A stretch of 64,000 bases of DNA from a virus. The DNA lies in the IMG/VR virus record IMGVR_UViG_3300001765_000053, one strand, 5' to 3'. Under the pieces are notes generated by a model. The model worked only from the letters and a program-made list of their open reading frames with translations, did no database searches and had not been told where the DNA came from. Both the position numbers and the translations under genes were made by a program. This document shows positions 22,771 to 34,799 of the stretch, in pieces; position 1 is the first letter of the stretch, and each line of letters begins with the position of its first letter.

Positions 22771-23511
22771 ATGGTAATGAAAATAAACAATAAAGAATTT
22801 AAAAAATTTATAGCAAAAGCAAATCTTAATGGGTTGAATAATAAATTTATAATTAAATTTGAAGAAGAAGGACTTAAAGTTGATTTAAGAAATGAAGCAA
22901 ATACAATTGGTGTTTCTGGTTTATTAAAAAAAGAAATTATACAAGGATATACTCCAATTGGAACTATTGCAATTAAAAGAGTTGATATTTTACTTGGTAT
23001 GTTAGGTAAATTTTCATCAGAATTTATAACAATTGATTTTGAAAAAAACAATGATGGTGATTATTCAAGATTAATTATAAAAGATGAAAATACAAAATAC
23101 AGACATATTTTATCTCCAAATAGTGATATTGAAGAATTTACTCCAATTAAATTTGATTCAATCCCATTTGATGATAGTGCAAATGTTGATATGAGTATTA
23201 TTAAAGAAACACTTAGTGCTTCAAGTCAAATTGGTGGTATTGAAAAAATATCAATTAAGGCTTCAAATAAAACAATGTTATTTTTAATTGACAATAATGA
23301 TAATGAATTTGAAAAAGAATTAACAATCAATGAAAAATTAAGCAAAGATTATTATTTTTTAATGCCACAAACATTTTTTGAAGTTGTTAAAACAATTGAT
23401 GGTATCTTTTCTATGAGACTTAATACTGAAACAGAAGTTCCAATTGTAATTATTAATGAAGAAGAAAATAGTAGTTTCAAATTTGCTGTTGCAAAAAGAG
23501 ATTTTGATTAA
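22771..23511 (+). CDS. pcn: DNA sliding clamp (PCNA)
   Basis: 246 aa; KFEEEGLKVDLRNEANTIGV, two-domain clamp pattern, C-terminal VPIVI...FKFAVAKR; an RFC gene is nearby. Confidence 0.8.
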   Translation: MVMKINNKEFKKFIAKANLNGLNNKFIIKFEEEGLKVDLRNEANTIGVSGLLKKEIIQGYTPIGTIAIKRVDILLGMLGKFSSEFITIDFEKNNDGDYSRLIIKDENTKYRHILSPNSDIEEFTPIKFDSIPFDDSANVDMSIIKETLSASSQIGGIEKISIKASNKTMLFLIDNNDNEFEKELTINEKLSKDYYFLMPQTFFEVVKTIDGIFSMRLNTETEVPIVIINEEENSSFKFAVAKRDFD

Positions 23512-24039
23512 ATAAAAATGAAAAATAAAAGTGGAGACTTAATTGTAGGAAATGTTACTATTGCAATTATGTTTGTATTCCAATTGATTGCAATATTTAT
23601 ATTTATTTCATTTTATGTTGATTCAAGCGATAAAATAGTTGTTTATAAAAGCAATGAAGAAAAAGTATATCAACTTGAAAATGAAATTGAACAATGGAAA
23701 ACAAATTATTATTCACTTGCACAAACAAAACAAGTTGTTTGTAAATCAGAACCAGATTATAATTGGTTTATATTTGGTATTTTATTTGGTGTTATTTTAC
23801 ATATAATTGAAAGAACAAGAAATAAAAAGAAAGAAGAAGAAAATAAAAAAAATGGAACACCCACTAAAAAGTCTAATAAAAAATAAATATTTTATTTATA
23901 TGAATATTTATTTAATTGTATGTTTGATAATTGGATATACTGATGGAATATTTGATATTGTTGAATTGGTTATATTTATACTCGCATCATTAATTGTAGT
24001 TTGTTTTAATGTTATTATATATTTGAATATGTTAGAAAA

Positions 24040-24369
24040 ATGGAAGAAAGAAAAACTTGGACAAGAGCAGAATACGACAATATTGAAAGAGAATTAAATT
24101 CTGGTGTTCCAATTGAAATTGTATCTCAAAAATATAGAAGAACAGTTGATGCAATTAGAAGGAAGTTTTATCGTGGATATGATAATCAAAGAACAATAAA
24201 TAAATTAAAATATTTTAATAATGAAAATCAATTAAAACAATTTATGATTGAATATCAAGATATAAATATTAATACAAAAGATTTAATGAATAAATATCAT
24301 ATTGAAACTAAAGAAAAATTGTATGATGTTGTAAGAGAACTTGGTGTATATAGAAATCGTGCATATTAA
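24040..24369 (+). CDS. Myb-like/HTH DNA-binding protein
   Basis: KTWTRAEYDNIERELNSGVPIEIVSQKYRRTVDAIRRK. Confidence 0.6.
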   Translation: MEERKTWTRAEYDNIERELNSGVPIEIVSQKYRRTVDAIRRKFYRGYDNQRTINKLKYFNNENQLKQFMIEYQDININTKDLMNKYHIETKEKLYDVVRELGVYRNRAY

Positions 24370-24371
24370 AA

Positions 24372-24611
24372 ATGAAATTATGTAAAGTTTGTGATAAAGA
24401 TATTTCACATTTACACAAATCAAGATTATTTTGCAACAATAAGTGTAGAAATAAATATTATTATAGATTATCCAATCCAAATTGTAATAATTATGATAAT
24501 AAATCAATAAATAAAACTATGCAAAAAAAATTTGAAAAATCTTATATGGATAGATTTGATGAAGAAGAACAACAAATAAAAATAAATCCTTTTAAAAAGA
24601 AAGATTTATAA
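24372..24611 (+). CDS. Small Zn-finger protein
   Basis: CKVCDKDI...RLFCNNKCRNKYYY. Confidence 0.55.
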   Translation: MKLCKVCDKDISHLHKSRLFCNNKCRNKYYYRLSNPNCNNYDNKSINKTMQKKFEKSYMDRFDEEEQQIKINPFKKKDL

Positions 24612-25554
24612 ATATATATTAAAGTATAATAATTGAGTGATTATTAAATTAATTGCTTTTCATAAATAAATGGTTGAATTAAATCAAACACAAATAGATA
24701 TGATAATAAATAATTGTGATATTAGTTACATACAAAATATGACTAATACAACAAGTGCCAAATACTTGTTTAAATCAGATGAAGACAAAATTAAATTTGA
24801 GATTAGACAATTAAATATAATTGAAAAAGAACTGATTAAAGTAAATGGTCATAATAAATCAATGAATGAGAATTTGATTGATTTGAAGAAAAAAATACAA
24901 AACAGAAAACAAGAAATTAAAAATGAAAGAAAAAAAGAAGAAAACATTTAGTGCTGGGTATGGTTCATTTTGGTTAACATTTCCAAATGGAACAAGCATA
25001 TCAACACAATTTAAAGGTGGAAATTATTGTGAAAATCACGATAATATAAAGGATATGATTAGACCAATTAGTCAATTTGATAGGATTGATTGTAATGATT
25101 GTGAACTTGCAATTTTAGGAACAGATAAAGAATTTATTACTAATGAAGTTTTAGGAAAACATTTCAATGGTTTAGATGATAATATTATTGGTAGAGTTAG
25201 ACTTGATGATTGGTTAAAGATTGTTGAAATTGTAAAAAAATATGATGAAGGTTTGAAAAATGGCGACTGACCCATTTAAAATAAACAATAAAGCAAAACA
25301 AGAAATTCAAGAGTGGCTTGAAAATAGAGTTTATGCTCTAATTAAATATTGTGATATTGAAATGACATTTTCATTTTCAAACCCAAATGAAAATTGTAAT
25401 ATATATCAAGGAATTATAGTTCTAACAGATAAAGGATTTATAATGGAAAGAGAAGGAATTGAGTATTATTTAAGTGAAATGACAGATTTTGATGCAAATC
25501 TTATTTTATCTCAACTTCCAGAATTTGATAAACTTATTGGGATAAAGATGGAAA

Positions 25555-26529
25555 ATGAAACTAAGCAAAAATGATGAACGATTTTATACTTTATTTGCAA
25601 GTGATTTTATTATAAAATATTCAAACTTATTAATCACAAAAGATTATCATAATGGTATTTTGAAAAAACAAGATTTAGATTCAAAATCTGGTGAAGAATA
25701 TATTGGTTTTGCACAAGAAGAACTTTTAGAAAAAGAAACTATAAATAAAATTATGATAAGAATATTTGAACTCGATAAAAAGCCAGAGTTTATTTATGAA
25801 ACAGTAAATTCAGATAAATTAATTAAATATCAAGAACATATACCATTATTAACTTTGTCTGATGAAAAATCAATAAAATTTATTGATGAAATTAAAATGT
25901 CTTTTGTTATGACAAAACAATCAATGAAAAATGTATCTGATAATGTTGATTACTTACTTGAAAATATAAATGATTTTGAAAAGTTTTCAAGTGAAATATT
26001 TAATAGAAGATTTAAAAAATTAAAAGAAAGGTGTAAACTTAATGGTTATCCAGAACCAAACAAAAAGATATTTGAAGAAGTATTTTTTGAATCATTTAAT
26101 AATGGTGGAGATGGAAAATTAAATAGTAAGTTTGTTTGTTATTATTGTGGAGAAACATTAAGATTTAAAGGAGAGCAATTAAAGAAAAAAGAAGTTTGTT
26201 ATAAAGATTTATTTACATTTGAACATAGAAAACCATTATCAAAAGGTGGAACAAATGATAAAAAAAATATTGTATTATCTTGTATGAGTTGTAATGCTAT
26301 TAAAGATGATATGGAAGAAGAAACTTTTATTAGTCTAATTAAATCAATAACACCAGAATTGAAATATAAATTATTTGAAGAAAAATTTAAATCTCAAACC
26401 AGAATTTCAATCAACTTTTCACATATGAAAGATAAGTTAAATGTTCTTGAAAAAGCAAATGCTGATTTAAAAATAAAAAATGCTCAATTAACTAACACTA
26501 ATAAACAATTACTTCAAAAAATTAGATGA
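25555..26529 (+). CDS. HNH endonuclease with N-terminal extension and coiled-coil tail
   Basis: CYYCGETL...TFEHRKPLSKGGTNDKKNIVLSCMSCNAIKDD. Confidence 0.9.
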   Translation: MKLSKNDERFYTLFASDFIIKYSNLLITKDYHNGILKKQDLDSKSGEEYIGFAQEELLEKETINKIMIRIFELDKKPEFIYETVNSDKLIKYQEHIPLLTLSDEKSIKFIDEIKMSFVMTKQSMKNVSDNVDYLLENINDFEKFSSEIFNRRFKKLKERCKLNGYPEPNKKIFEEVFFESFNNGGDGKLNSKFVCYYCGETLRFKGEQLKKKEVCYKDLFTFEHRKPLSKGGTNDKKNIVLSCMSCNAIKDDMEEETFISLIKSITPELKYKLFEEKFKSQTRISINFSHMKDKLNVLEKANADLKIKNAQLTNTNKQLLQKIR

Positions 26530-26905
26530 AGTAATTGACCTTAAATATTGCCATCATAAAGACAAACATTGCAATTGATATAATTGTCATTATCCAAAAA
26601 TTTGACCAAGATGTATTTGACATTTTTCCAGAGATTTGGAACAAAAAAATTAGGTTAATTACCAGCATATAAATTATTACACCAAGAACTATCCAAATTT
26701 CTGGTGTTTGGAGTTGCCTAATCAAGAAAATGGTCACAAATATTATCTCTATGATAGATAACACAGAAAACACCAAAAAGGTTTCAAATTTTTCGTTTGA
26801 CAAGATTTTAAAAATTATCAATGAAAAAAGTTTTAAAATCAATATTGGAAAACCAACATATATTAAAAAGTTTATAAAACTAAATGTTAAAAGTGTTGCT
26901 TCCAT
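26522..26905 (-). CDS. Small multi-TM membrane protein
   Basis: About four hydrophobic segments in 127 aa. Confidence 0.6.
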   Translation of the reverse strand: MEATLLTFSFINFLIYVGFPILILKLFSLIIFKILSNEKFETFLVFSVLSIIEIIFVTIFLIRQLQTPEIWIVLGVIIYMLVINLIFLFQISGKMSNTSWSNFWIMTIISIAMFVFMMAIFKVNYFI

Positions 26906-27743
26906 TTTTTATATAATATCATATTTTTGTTTTTATTTAAGTCTTTGCATTATAATTAAATTTTTTGCATATTTAATTGTTTTTTCTTTTGATTTAAATT
27001 CAGTTCCATCAGCATTTAATGTGTGTTTTAAATCATAATTAACTATGTCTGTAATAAAAATTAATCCATAATTCTTATCTTTTACAGTTTTAATATGATA
27101 CCCTTTATATATTTCAGTTGTTAAATTTCTATATTCTTTTTTACTTGGTTTAGACATTTTACATATATATTCTTTCTGATAATCCACTATTACCATCAAT
27201 AATGGTTACTCTTGTTGATTCTCTTTCATTTCTTTCTTCGCTTAAATATTGTTTTGATTTCCATCTATTAAGTATTGATGATATATAATCTTGAACCCAT
27301 TTTCTTGTAACAGTAATTGGCAATCCATTATTTAAACTATAAGTAAACTTTTTTGTTTGTTTATTATATCCAATTCTACCAGTATTATATGTAAAATTTA
27401 CTAAAATATCAGTATTGTTTTTTACTGCATTAATTAATTTTTCATTTGTCCAATTTATTTTTCTTACCATTTTTTATTTATACCATTTTTCTAAATGGTG
27501 CTTTAAATTTAATTTGATTTATATTGTTTAAATAATCAAAATCTGTTTCTGTAATATAATATTCTACATTTTTATATGTTATTGAAAATCCCATTTGATT
27601 GGAAAAATTATAAAAGTCATTGCTTTTATTTCCTAAACCAAGTCCCCTATAAGTAACTTTACCTTCACCAACTGCATATTCAATACCATCTAAAACATAT
27701 GGTATAAATTTTCCATCTTTCTTTTTATAACCAATTACTTGTA

Positions 27744-28187
27744 TCATTTTTTATTTAAATATATTTTTGCATAATCACTATCAAGTGTAACAGAACCATA
27801 AAAATTAGTTCTAAAGTAGTCTCTATCAATATCTGATTTATCATAATTATAACTTTGTAATATTTTATCTACATTATCTTCAAGAACAAGATATTGTTGA
27901 TTATACATTAATAATTTTCCATTTGATATATTTTTATTGTTGTTACTTTTTTCTTCTTCCATTCTCCAACTTTGCCATCTATCGTGATTTAGTATATATT
28001 CTCTTGTAAATGGATTGAATGGTAATTTTTGAATATAAATATTAATACTTTGACCACCACTATATCTTGATGTCTTTACACTAACATTTATTTGTGGAAA
28101 TGTTTTTTTAATATCTTTTTTAATTAATTTTGCAATATCAACAATATCATATGCTTCATTATAATTGTTTCCTATAAAGTTTGTCAT
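27744..28187 (-). CDS. LPD29-like (large polyvalent protein-associated domain) protein
   Basis: DIAKLIKKDIKKTFPQINVSVKTSRYSGGQSINI...NYDKSDIDRDYFRTNFY. Confidence 0.65.
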   Translation of the reverse strand: MTNFIGNNYNEAYDIVDIAKLIKKDIKKTFPQINVSVKTSRYSGGQSINIYIQKLPFNPFTREYILNHDRWQSWRMEEEKSNNNKNISNGKLLMYNQQYLVLEDNVDKILQSYNYDKSDIDRDYFRTNFYGSVTLDSDYAKIYLNKK

Positions 28188-28190
28188 TTT

Positions 28191-28592
28191 TTATTTAATT
28201 ACTTCATCAATAATTTGATTTATATATTTATTTGGATATTCTTGGCTTAGAAAAACTGCTTTATTTTGAATTTTATATGGAACTTTTAATTTATCTAATT
28301 TATCAGCATAATATTGTCTGTTTTCTTTTGTATTTAAATGTCCAATTCTTTCAGCAGTAATTAATTCTCTAATTGCTTCAATTTGTTCCTTTGAATATTT
28401 TTTATTAATTTCATTTTTTTCTACCATAAAATCAATAAGATTTTTCATATAGTCAAATGCTTCTTGTTTGGTTGGTGCTTTTGTTTCCCAATTTGTTCCA
28501 GCATTTTGTAAAACTATTGCTTGAACTTCATTATATTGATTTATTGCAAATTCAATTTTATGACCTTTATATGTTTCTGATTTTAGTTTCAT
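28191..28592 (-). CDS. 'ExYKG' repeat-family protein
   Basis: MKLKSETYKGHKIEF...TKQEAFDYMKNLID; near-identical core to 32859..33317. Confidence 0.75.
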   Translation of the reverse strand: MKLKSETYKGHKIEFAINQYNEVQAIVLQNAGTNWETKAPTKQEAFDYMKNLIDFMVEKNEINKKYSKEQIEAIRELITAERIGHLNTKENRQYYADKLDKLKVPYKIQNKAVFLSQEYPNKYINQIIDEVIK

Positions 28593-30224
28593 TTTTTATC
28601 TTTAAATTATTTTCATATATAATATGTTCAATATAGTTGTCAAGTATTCTATATAAATCATTATATTTTACTTGACTATAAGCACCAGAATTATTGTGCC
28701 ATATATTATAACTATTTCTAAACTCATATGATGAACCACCCATTATTCCACGACCATTATTTGCATTAATTTGTTTTTGTGATACTGAAATATAATCATC
28801 ACCAATTTTTATACTTAATATTTTTGAAAAACTTGGTTTGTTTAATGTTTCTAAATTGTGTTTTTTAGCAACTTGTAATATTAAATTATTAATTAAATAA
28901 ATTCTTGTTTCTTCTTTACTTTTTATTTGAACTTTTAAATTATATACTTTTCTATTTAATTCAATCAACTGAACTAATTGTTCATAATTTATATTACCAT
29001 ATGAATTTAATACAAATGTTTTAAAATCTTCACTATCAATTCTATTCCATAATTCATCTAATTCTTTTACTTCTTGTGGTTTCATTTTACACCTTTTATA
29101 AATAGTTCTTTTATGTTTTGATTTTTATAATCAATTCTTTGTATTCTAACTTTTGAAAATTCTTTTTTATCTTCAATAATTTTCTTCATTTTTAATACTA
29201 ATTTATAATCAGTTTGAACTTCTTGACCATTAACTCTAATTATATCTTCTATATTATTTTTAGTTCCCCATAATACATATTCAATTTGTTTTCCCATTTT
29301 TCTTTATAATTTAAAATCTGCAACAAAATCAACAAGTTCTACTTTTGAGAAATTTCTTAAATGTAAGTAATCTTTACTTGCTTCTTTCAATCTTTTTTCT
29401 GCACCAAGTATAAATTCTCTATGTTGATTTGCTTTCAATTGATTTAATCTATCTTCATATAATTTATTTGATGATATTACATCTTTAAATGTATCTTCAT
29501 ATGATGTATCAATACTATACCAAAGTTTAATATCTAATATTTTAAATTTAACTATTGTATCACTAACTGAAACAATTTGTATTTTTTGAGTTGATGGAAC
29601 ATATACAGAAATTGTTTGACCAGTTTCTAAACTAACATAACCCAAATAAAAGTTTGCAGTTCTATCATATATTCTTCCATTGATTTCTCTCAATATATCT
29701 CTTTTATTCATACTCTTTAATGTTTTATAATTCATTTTTTATTTAATTTTATTTGTTTTTTTATTCATATATAAAGTAAATTCACTTCCATAACCAATTT
29801 CAAATACAATAGAATAATTAATATCATCTTCATAAAGTTCTACTACTGTATATACAGATGAAACTTCATCATTACTAATTATATAAATATCATTATCTAA
29901 TTTAAAAGCAAATCTATTTTTATCACCACCAGTATTTTTAAAGGCAATTTTATCTTTTACTTTTAAAGTTCTAAATATTTCTTTGAATTGTTTTAATGAT
30001 GAAACTAAAATAAAATTATCTTTTTTTTTATTTTTAGTTATAATGTCTATTCTTATTTTTGCTTCTTCAAAAGATTCTTCTTTTGTTGTATGTAAATAAA
30101 AACCATCTATAAATTTATTATTACTATCATATATTTGTGTTGAAATATCATATATTCGTTTCAACGCATACCCTTGTTCTTTAAAACTAATATTATATCC
30201 TTTGTATTTTTCGTTTTTCATTTT

Positions 30225-30896
30225 TTAATGTCCATAATATGAATTTGTTTCACTAAGTCTTTGACCATTAGTATATTTTGTAAAACTACCAACTCTACTA
30301 TTATCCATACTTCCATTTGAATAAGCATAACTACCAGTAAGACCATATTCTTCTACACCATTTCTATTATATGTTCTAACTTGAAGTCTAAATGTATCAC
30401 CATATGCTTGTCTTGTTGGTTCAATTAAATCGTGAGAACCTTCATTACCAAGAGTTCTTGTTTTACACCTTCTTGCTTTAACTGTTTTACCAGTTTCTGA
30501 AACTTCTGTTATAATGATTGTATCTATATTTGTTTGGTCATATCCCCAACTTGTATAATAAATATCCCCAACTTTAATACCAATTTCCTTTTTTGGCAAT
30601 GCAACATATTTCTTTTTTGGTCTTAATATATTTAATTCTTCTTGTGTTGGTTTATATTGAAATGCTACAAATTGGTCTGCATCTCTATAATAATTACTTC
30701 CACCATTATAAAATACAAAATATCTATCACCAGTAAAAGCACCATATTCTTTTAATTCAACATTTCTAACATTTGGCAATGTTTTAAGATATTTAAATAT
30801 ATTATCTTTTCCTTCTAAAATATTAATTGGTTGAACATTTTTAAAGTCTTCATATCCTTCCATACTTTTTTTTCTATATATTTTCCAAAATGCCAT
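30225..30896 (-). CDS. Conserved phage hypothetical protein (SWGYDQTN family)
   Basis: IKVGDIYYTSWGYDQTNID...GKTVKAR motif, which I recall from many phage and plasmid ORFs. Confidence 0.55.
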   Translation of the reverse strand: MAFWKIYRKKSMEGYEDFKNVQPINILEGKDNIFKYLKTLPNVRNVELKEYGAFTGDRYFVFYNGGSNYYRDADQFVAFQYKPTQEELNILRPKKKYVALPKKEIGIKVGDIYYTSWGYDQTNIDTIIITEVSETGKTVKARRCKTRTLGNEGSHDLIEPTRQAYGDTFRLQVRTYNRNGVEEYGLTGSYAYSNGSMDNSRVGSFTKYTNGQRLSETNSYYGH

Positions 30897-31687
30897 TTTT
30901 AATTATTTCTTCTATATTGTTGTTCTCTTTCAAGTGTTTGTTCTGTTGTCTGATTTACAAAGAACACTCTTTGACCTTGCATACCATCTTTCTTTTTGTA
31001 ATCTTGTGTTCTAACAACTTGCCAATTTTTATCTATAATAAAATTTCCAGTATTGGACATTTTATAAGACCTTCCTAATTGATATTTTAATGTATAACTT
31101 TGTCCCATTTTATTTATTATTTAAACACTCTAATTGACATCTTGTTGCAATTAATCTTATATCATTTATCATTGAATCTTTTTGAGAATTATTCAATTTT
31201 TCATATTTTTCAAACTGATTTTGAAATTCCATACAACCAATTGAACAAGAGTTTGATTGATATAAACTACAATTTGATTGAACTATATCATTTTTATCAA
31301 CTTCATCAATATTAAAAAATATTAATGAAAGTATAATTATAGCAATGATTATTATAATATAAAATTTTGAATTAAATATTGTATTTTTTACCATTTTATG
31401 CTACCAAATATATACCAGTAATATTTTTATCTGGTGAATTATTAATTTTATTTTTTCTAATATTTACTTCTAAACTAATTTCTGTTATACCAAAATCAGT
31501 TTTATTTACTTTTACTGGAATTACCTTTTCATATCTTTCAACATACTCACCAATATCATTATCTAAATATGTATCTATAAATTGCCATTTTAAACTACCA
31601 CGAGATGGTGGATTATTATAAATTGATTTTTCAATTTCTCTATATCTTTTTCCTTCTATTGATTGAATTGGTATGTGTTGTGCCATT

Positions 31688-32026
31688 TTAATACCTACTA
31701 CCAGTTAATTCTGAACTTTCTGCATTTCTAATTTTACTTAATAATACTGGTTTATATGGAGTTATATCATAAACATCTCTATCAACTTCCATAAATCCTT
31801 GTTTAATTGATTTAAGTTCGCTTAAACTAAAATAACCAAGTTCACCATTTGTTTCCATTGGTGATACTACAAGTCCAAAGAAATTATCTTTGCCATCAAA
31901 TTCCATTACATACCAAGTCCAACCACCAAGAAAGAATTTCATATAAACCTTTTTATCTTTCTTTTTTTCTTGTGCATATGGTTTTGGTATTTTACTTAAT
32001 TGTATTTCTGTTGGTTCGTTCCACAT
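31688..32026 (-). CDS. DUF2958-family protein
   Basis: KFFLGGWTWYVMEFDG..FFGLV...ELGYFSLSEL...VDRD. Confidence 0.85.
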   Translation of the reverse strand: MWNEPTEIQLSKIPKPYAQEKKKDKKVYMKFFLGGWTWYVMEFDGKDNFFGLVVSPMETNGELGYFSLSELKSIKQGFMEVDRDVYDITPYKPVLLSKIRNAESSELTGSRY

Positions 32027-32858
32027 TTTTTATAACACCCTAAATTTATTTTTATTCTCATATACTTGTCCAACAATTGGACCCCTATCAATTAAATAAT
32101 TTTCATTATCTTCTTCAAGAACTTCATAAATAGTTCCATTTGATATTCTTTGAATTTTTTTTAAACTTGATTTTTTATTATTCCAATTTAATGTTTCAAA
32201 TAAACTACTTTCGTTTATTTCTAATCCTTTTCCATTATTTTCAGAACTAAAATCTCTACCTTGCATACTTTCTTTAAGACTTATGGCTTTTGTATAATAT
32301 AATTTTCCATTTTCATCTTTATAATAAACATTTTCAGAACCAGTTTGTTGAACATAAACAGTTCTATACTTTGGAACTTCAACTAATTCTGGATTTTTAT
32401 ATGATTCTAATTCTTTTCTAATTTTACCAGCATTTTGTTTCATATAATTTATTACACTCATTGGTATTCTTTCTGGTCTATCATAAGCAACTGTATTATT
32501 TTCATATATAATTGGATTTTCACCATATTCAGTTCCACGAACAAATGGAAATATTTTTGATTGATTATTATCATATTCCATAAGACCAATTTCCCAATTT
32601 CCAATTTTTCTAAATACTTTTATTATTTTTTGTGCCATTTTTTTTATAATAATCCATTTAATTCTTTAATTATTTCTTTTTTAGTTGATTTTGAACTATA
32701 TTTAAATGGTTTATTGTTGTTTATTTTAACCCAATATATACCAGTTAAATCTTTTTTAAATCTAACTTTATTTCCATTTATAATTTCTGGTTTTATTTCA
32801 TCTTTTATAACTAATGATGTAAAATTTATTTTTTTTATTGAATCTTTTTTATCCATTT

Positions 32859-33317
32859 TTATTTCCCATTTAATTTCTTAACAGCATTTTTTCTTATTAC
32901 TGCTATATTTACACTTTTATAAGGATTTCCATTTGATAAATCCCATAACATATCATCAAGAGAATCAAGCATTTCTGTTATTTTTCCTTCACTAAATAAT
33001 TTAACTGCATTTTTCCTATATTTTGCTGTTTTTCCTTTATTTAATGTAATGCCATCTAATTCCCAAACTGCATTTTCATATTCTTTTATTGCCAAATCTA
33101 AATTTGAATTATATTTATCTTTTTTATTTTCTATCATAAAATCAATTAGATTTTTCATATAATCAAATGCTTCTTGTTTGGTTGGTGCTTTTGTTTCCCA
33201 ATCAGTTCCATTTTCTTGTGGAACAATTGCATAAATACCATTAATATTCACATCACTTTTTTTAAAAAGTATTTCATATCCTTTATATGTTTCTGATTTT
33301 AATTCCATTTTATTCAT
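32859..33317 (-). CDS. 'ExYKG' repeat-family protein
   Basis: MELKSETYKGYEILF...WETKAPTKQEAFDYMKNLIDFM. Confidence 0.75.
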   Translation of the reverse strand: MNKMELKSETYKGYEILFKKSDVNINGIYAIVPQENGTDWETKAPTKQEAFDYMKNLIDFMIENKKDKYNSNLDLAIKEYENAVWELDGITLNKGKTAKYRKNAVKLFSEGKITEMLDSLDDMLWDLSNGNPYKSVNIAVIRKNAVKKLNGK

Positions 33318-33954
33318 ATCTCACACTATATTTATATCCATTATTATCCATAAACACAAGTAAATCTCTTGGTCTTGACCATAAACTACCATTCATTCCC
33401 ATTTGATAATATCTATTACCATTTGATGTTTTTTTACAAATAAAAAAAGTGCTTTTGGTATTATTTTCTGTCAATCTATCAGCAATTTCTTTAAATTCAA
33501 CTTGTTCAATATCTTTTTTAGATATTTTTTTCAATGAACCATTTAATAATTGTTGTTCATAATCATAATCAATATCAATAAAAAAATAAAATCTATAATC
33601 AAAATAATCTGTCATAGCATCTGAATAATTATGATTGTATTGACTTTGAAACATTTTTATATTTTCAACCATTGATTTATATTTATCATTATATCTTTTT
33701 GGTTGGTCATTTGAAGAAGTAAAATTATTTAATTTAGCATTTGAATACCAAGTAAGATATTCTTCTGTAAATGGATTAAATGGTAATTCTGTAAATTTTA
33801 ATGAAAATGAATATGTAGTTCCACCCCTTTGATTTACAAGACTAAATTTTACATTTGGATATTTTTCTTTAATATATTTTCTTATTAAAGGTAATACATC
33901 AGTTGTATTTTTCAATTCATCTTCTTTTGAGCCTTTTATATTATTGTATCCCAT
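33310..33954 (-). CDS. LPD29-like protein (second copy)
   Basis: PLIRKYIKEKYPNVKFSL...GGTTYSFS...LPFNPFT...NYSDAMTDYFDYRFY. Confidence 0.65.
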   Translation of the reverse strand: MGYNNIKGSKEDELKNTTDVLPLIRKYIKEKYPNVKFSLVNQRGGTTYSFSLKFTELPFNPFTEEYLTWYSNAKLNNFTSSNDQPKRYNDKYKSMVENIKMFQSQYNHNYSDAMTDYFDYRFYFFIDIDYDYEQQLLNGSLKKISKKDIEQVEFKEIADRLTENNTKSTFFICKKTSNGNRYYQMGMNGSLWSRPRDLLVFMDNNGYKYSVRYE

Positions 33955-34799
33955 TTTGTTATTAATTATATGTATATTTGTTAATTTATAAACTTACTCA
34001 TTTTAAAATGAGTAATTATTTATATTCATCTATTATATTTTTTGCAAGATTTAATATATCTTGCTTTGAATGTGCTGTATTTGGTTTTATATTTTCAAGT
34101 ATTTCTATTATTTTATCAACATTTTCATATGACTTTCCACGATAATAAACCTTTGGAATTGTTACTGAAACATTGAACCCAATTTTATGTTTTTCAAAGT
34201 GCATTTCAAATCCTTTGTATCTTTCTAACTTCATTTATTTTTTACTTAATTTATAATCAATTACTCTTTTTATATAATCAAAATATTCTTCTTTTGATGT
34301 TACAAATCCACTATTAATATAACTTTTTGAATTTGAAATCCAATTGCTCATAGGATTATTTTTATCATATTCAACAAAATCATTGTGTATTAATTCTGGA
34401 ATTGAATAATCAATAAATATAGCACCACTTTGATTTTGTTTTCCAAATCCAATTTCATATCCTTTGTATGTTTCTGTTTTTAATTTCATTTTTTATTTAT
34501 TACAATATTGACATCCTTTTAATTGATTATATGTTTCATTTGAACAAAAATCACTAATTTGAAAACAAGTTGAGAACTGTAATTTTTCAACTTTTAAAGT
34601 TTTTTCTTCAATTGTTAACGAATTAAACATATCTTTAGTATATCCCAAAGCAAGTTCTGTATCATTCATTTTTTTATTTTCTGTTGTATTAATACCAACA
34701 CCACCAAACTTATTATATACTACTGCTACATATATTAATAATATTAATATAAATAACGAAACTATAATTATTACTGTTTTATTATTTTTTGCCATTTTC

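Noticed and set aside
26522-26529. Rho-independent terminator at the convergent gene junction
   Set aside because: The two stop codons overlap and no GC hairpin is present.
28417-33210. Possible DGR template/variable repeat pair
   Set aside because: Mismatches are not restricted to adenines of one copy, both copies are coding, and no reverse transcriptase is in the window.
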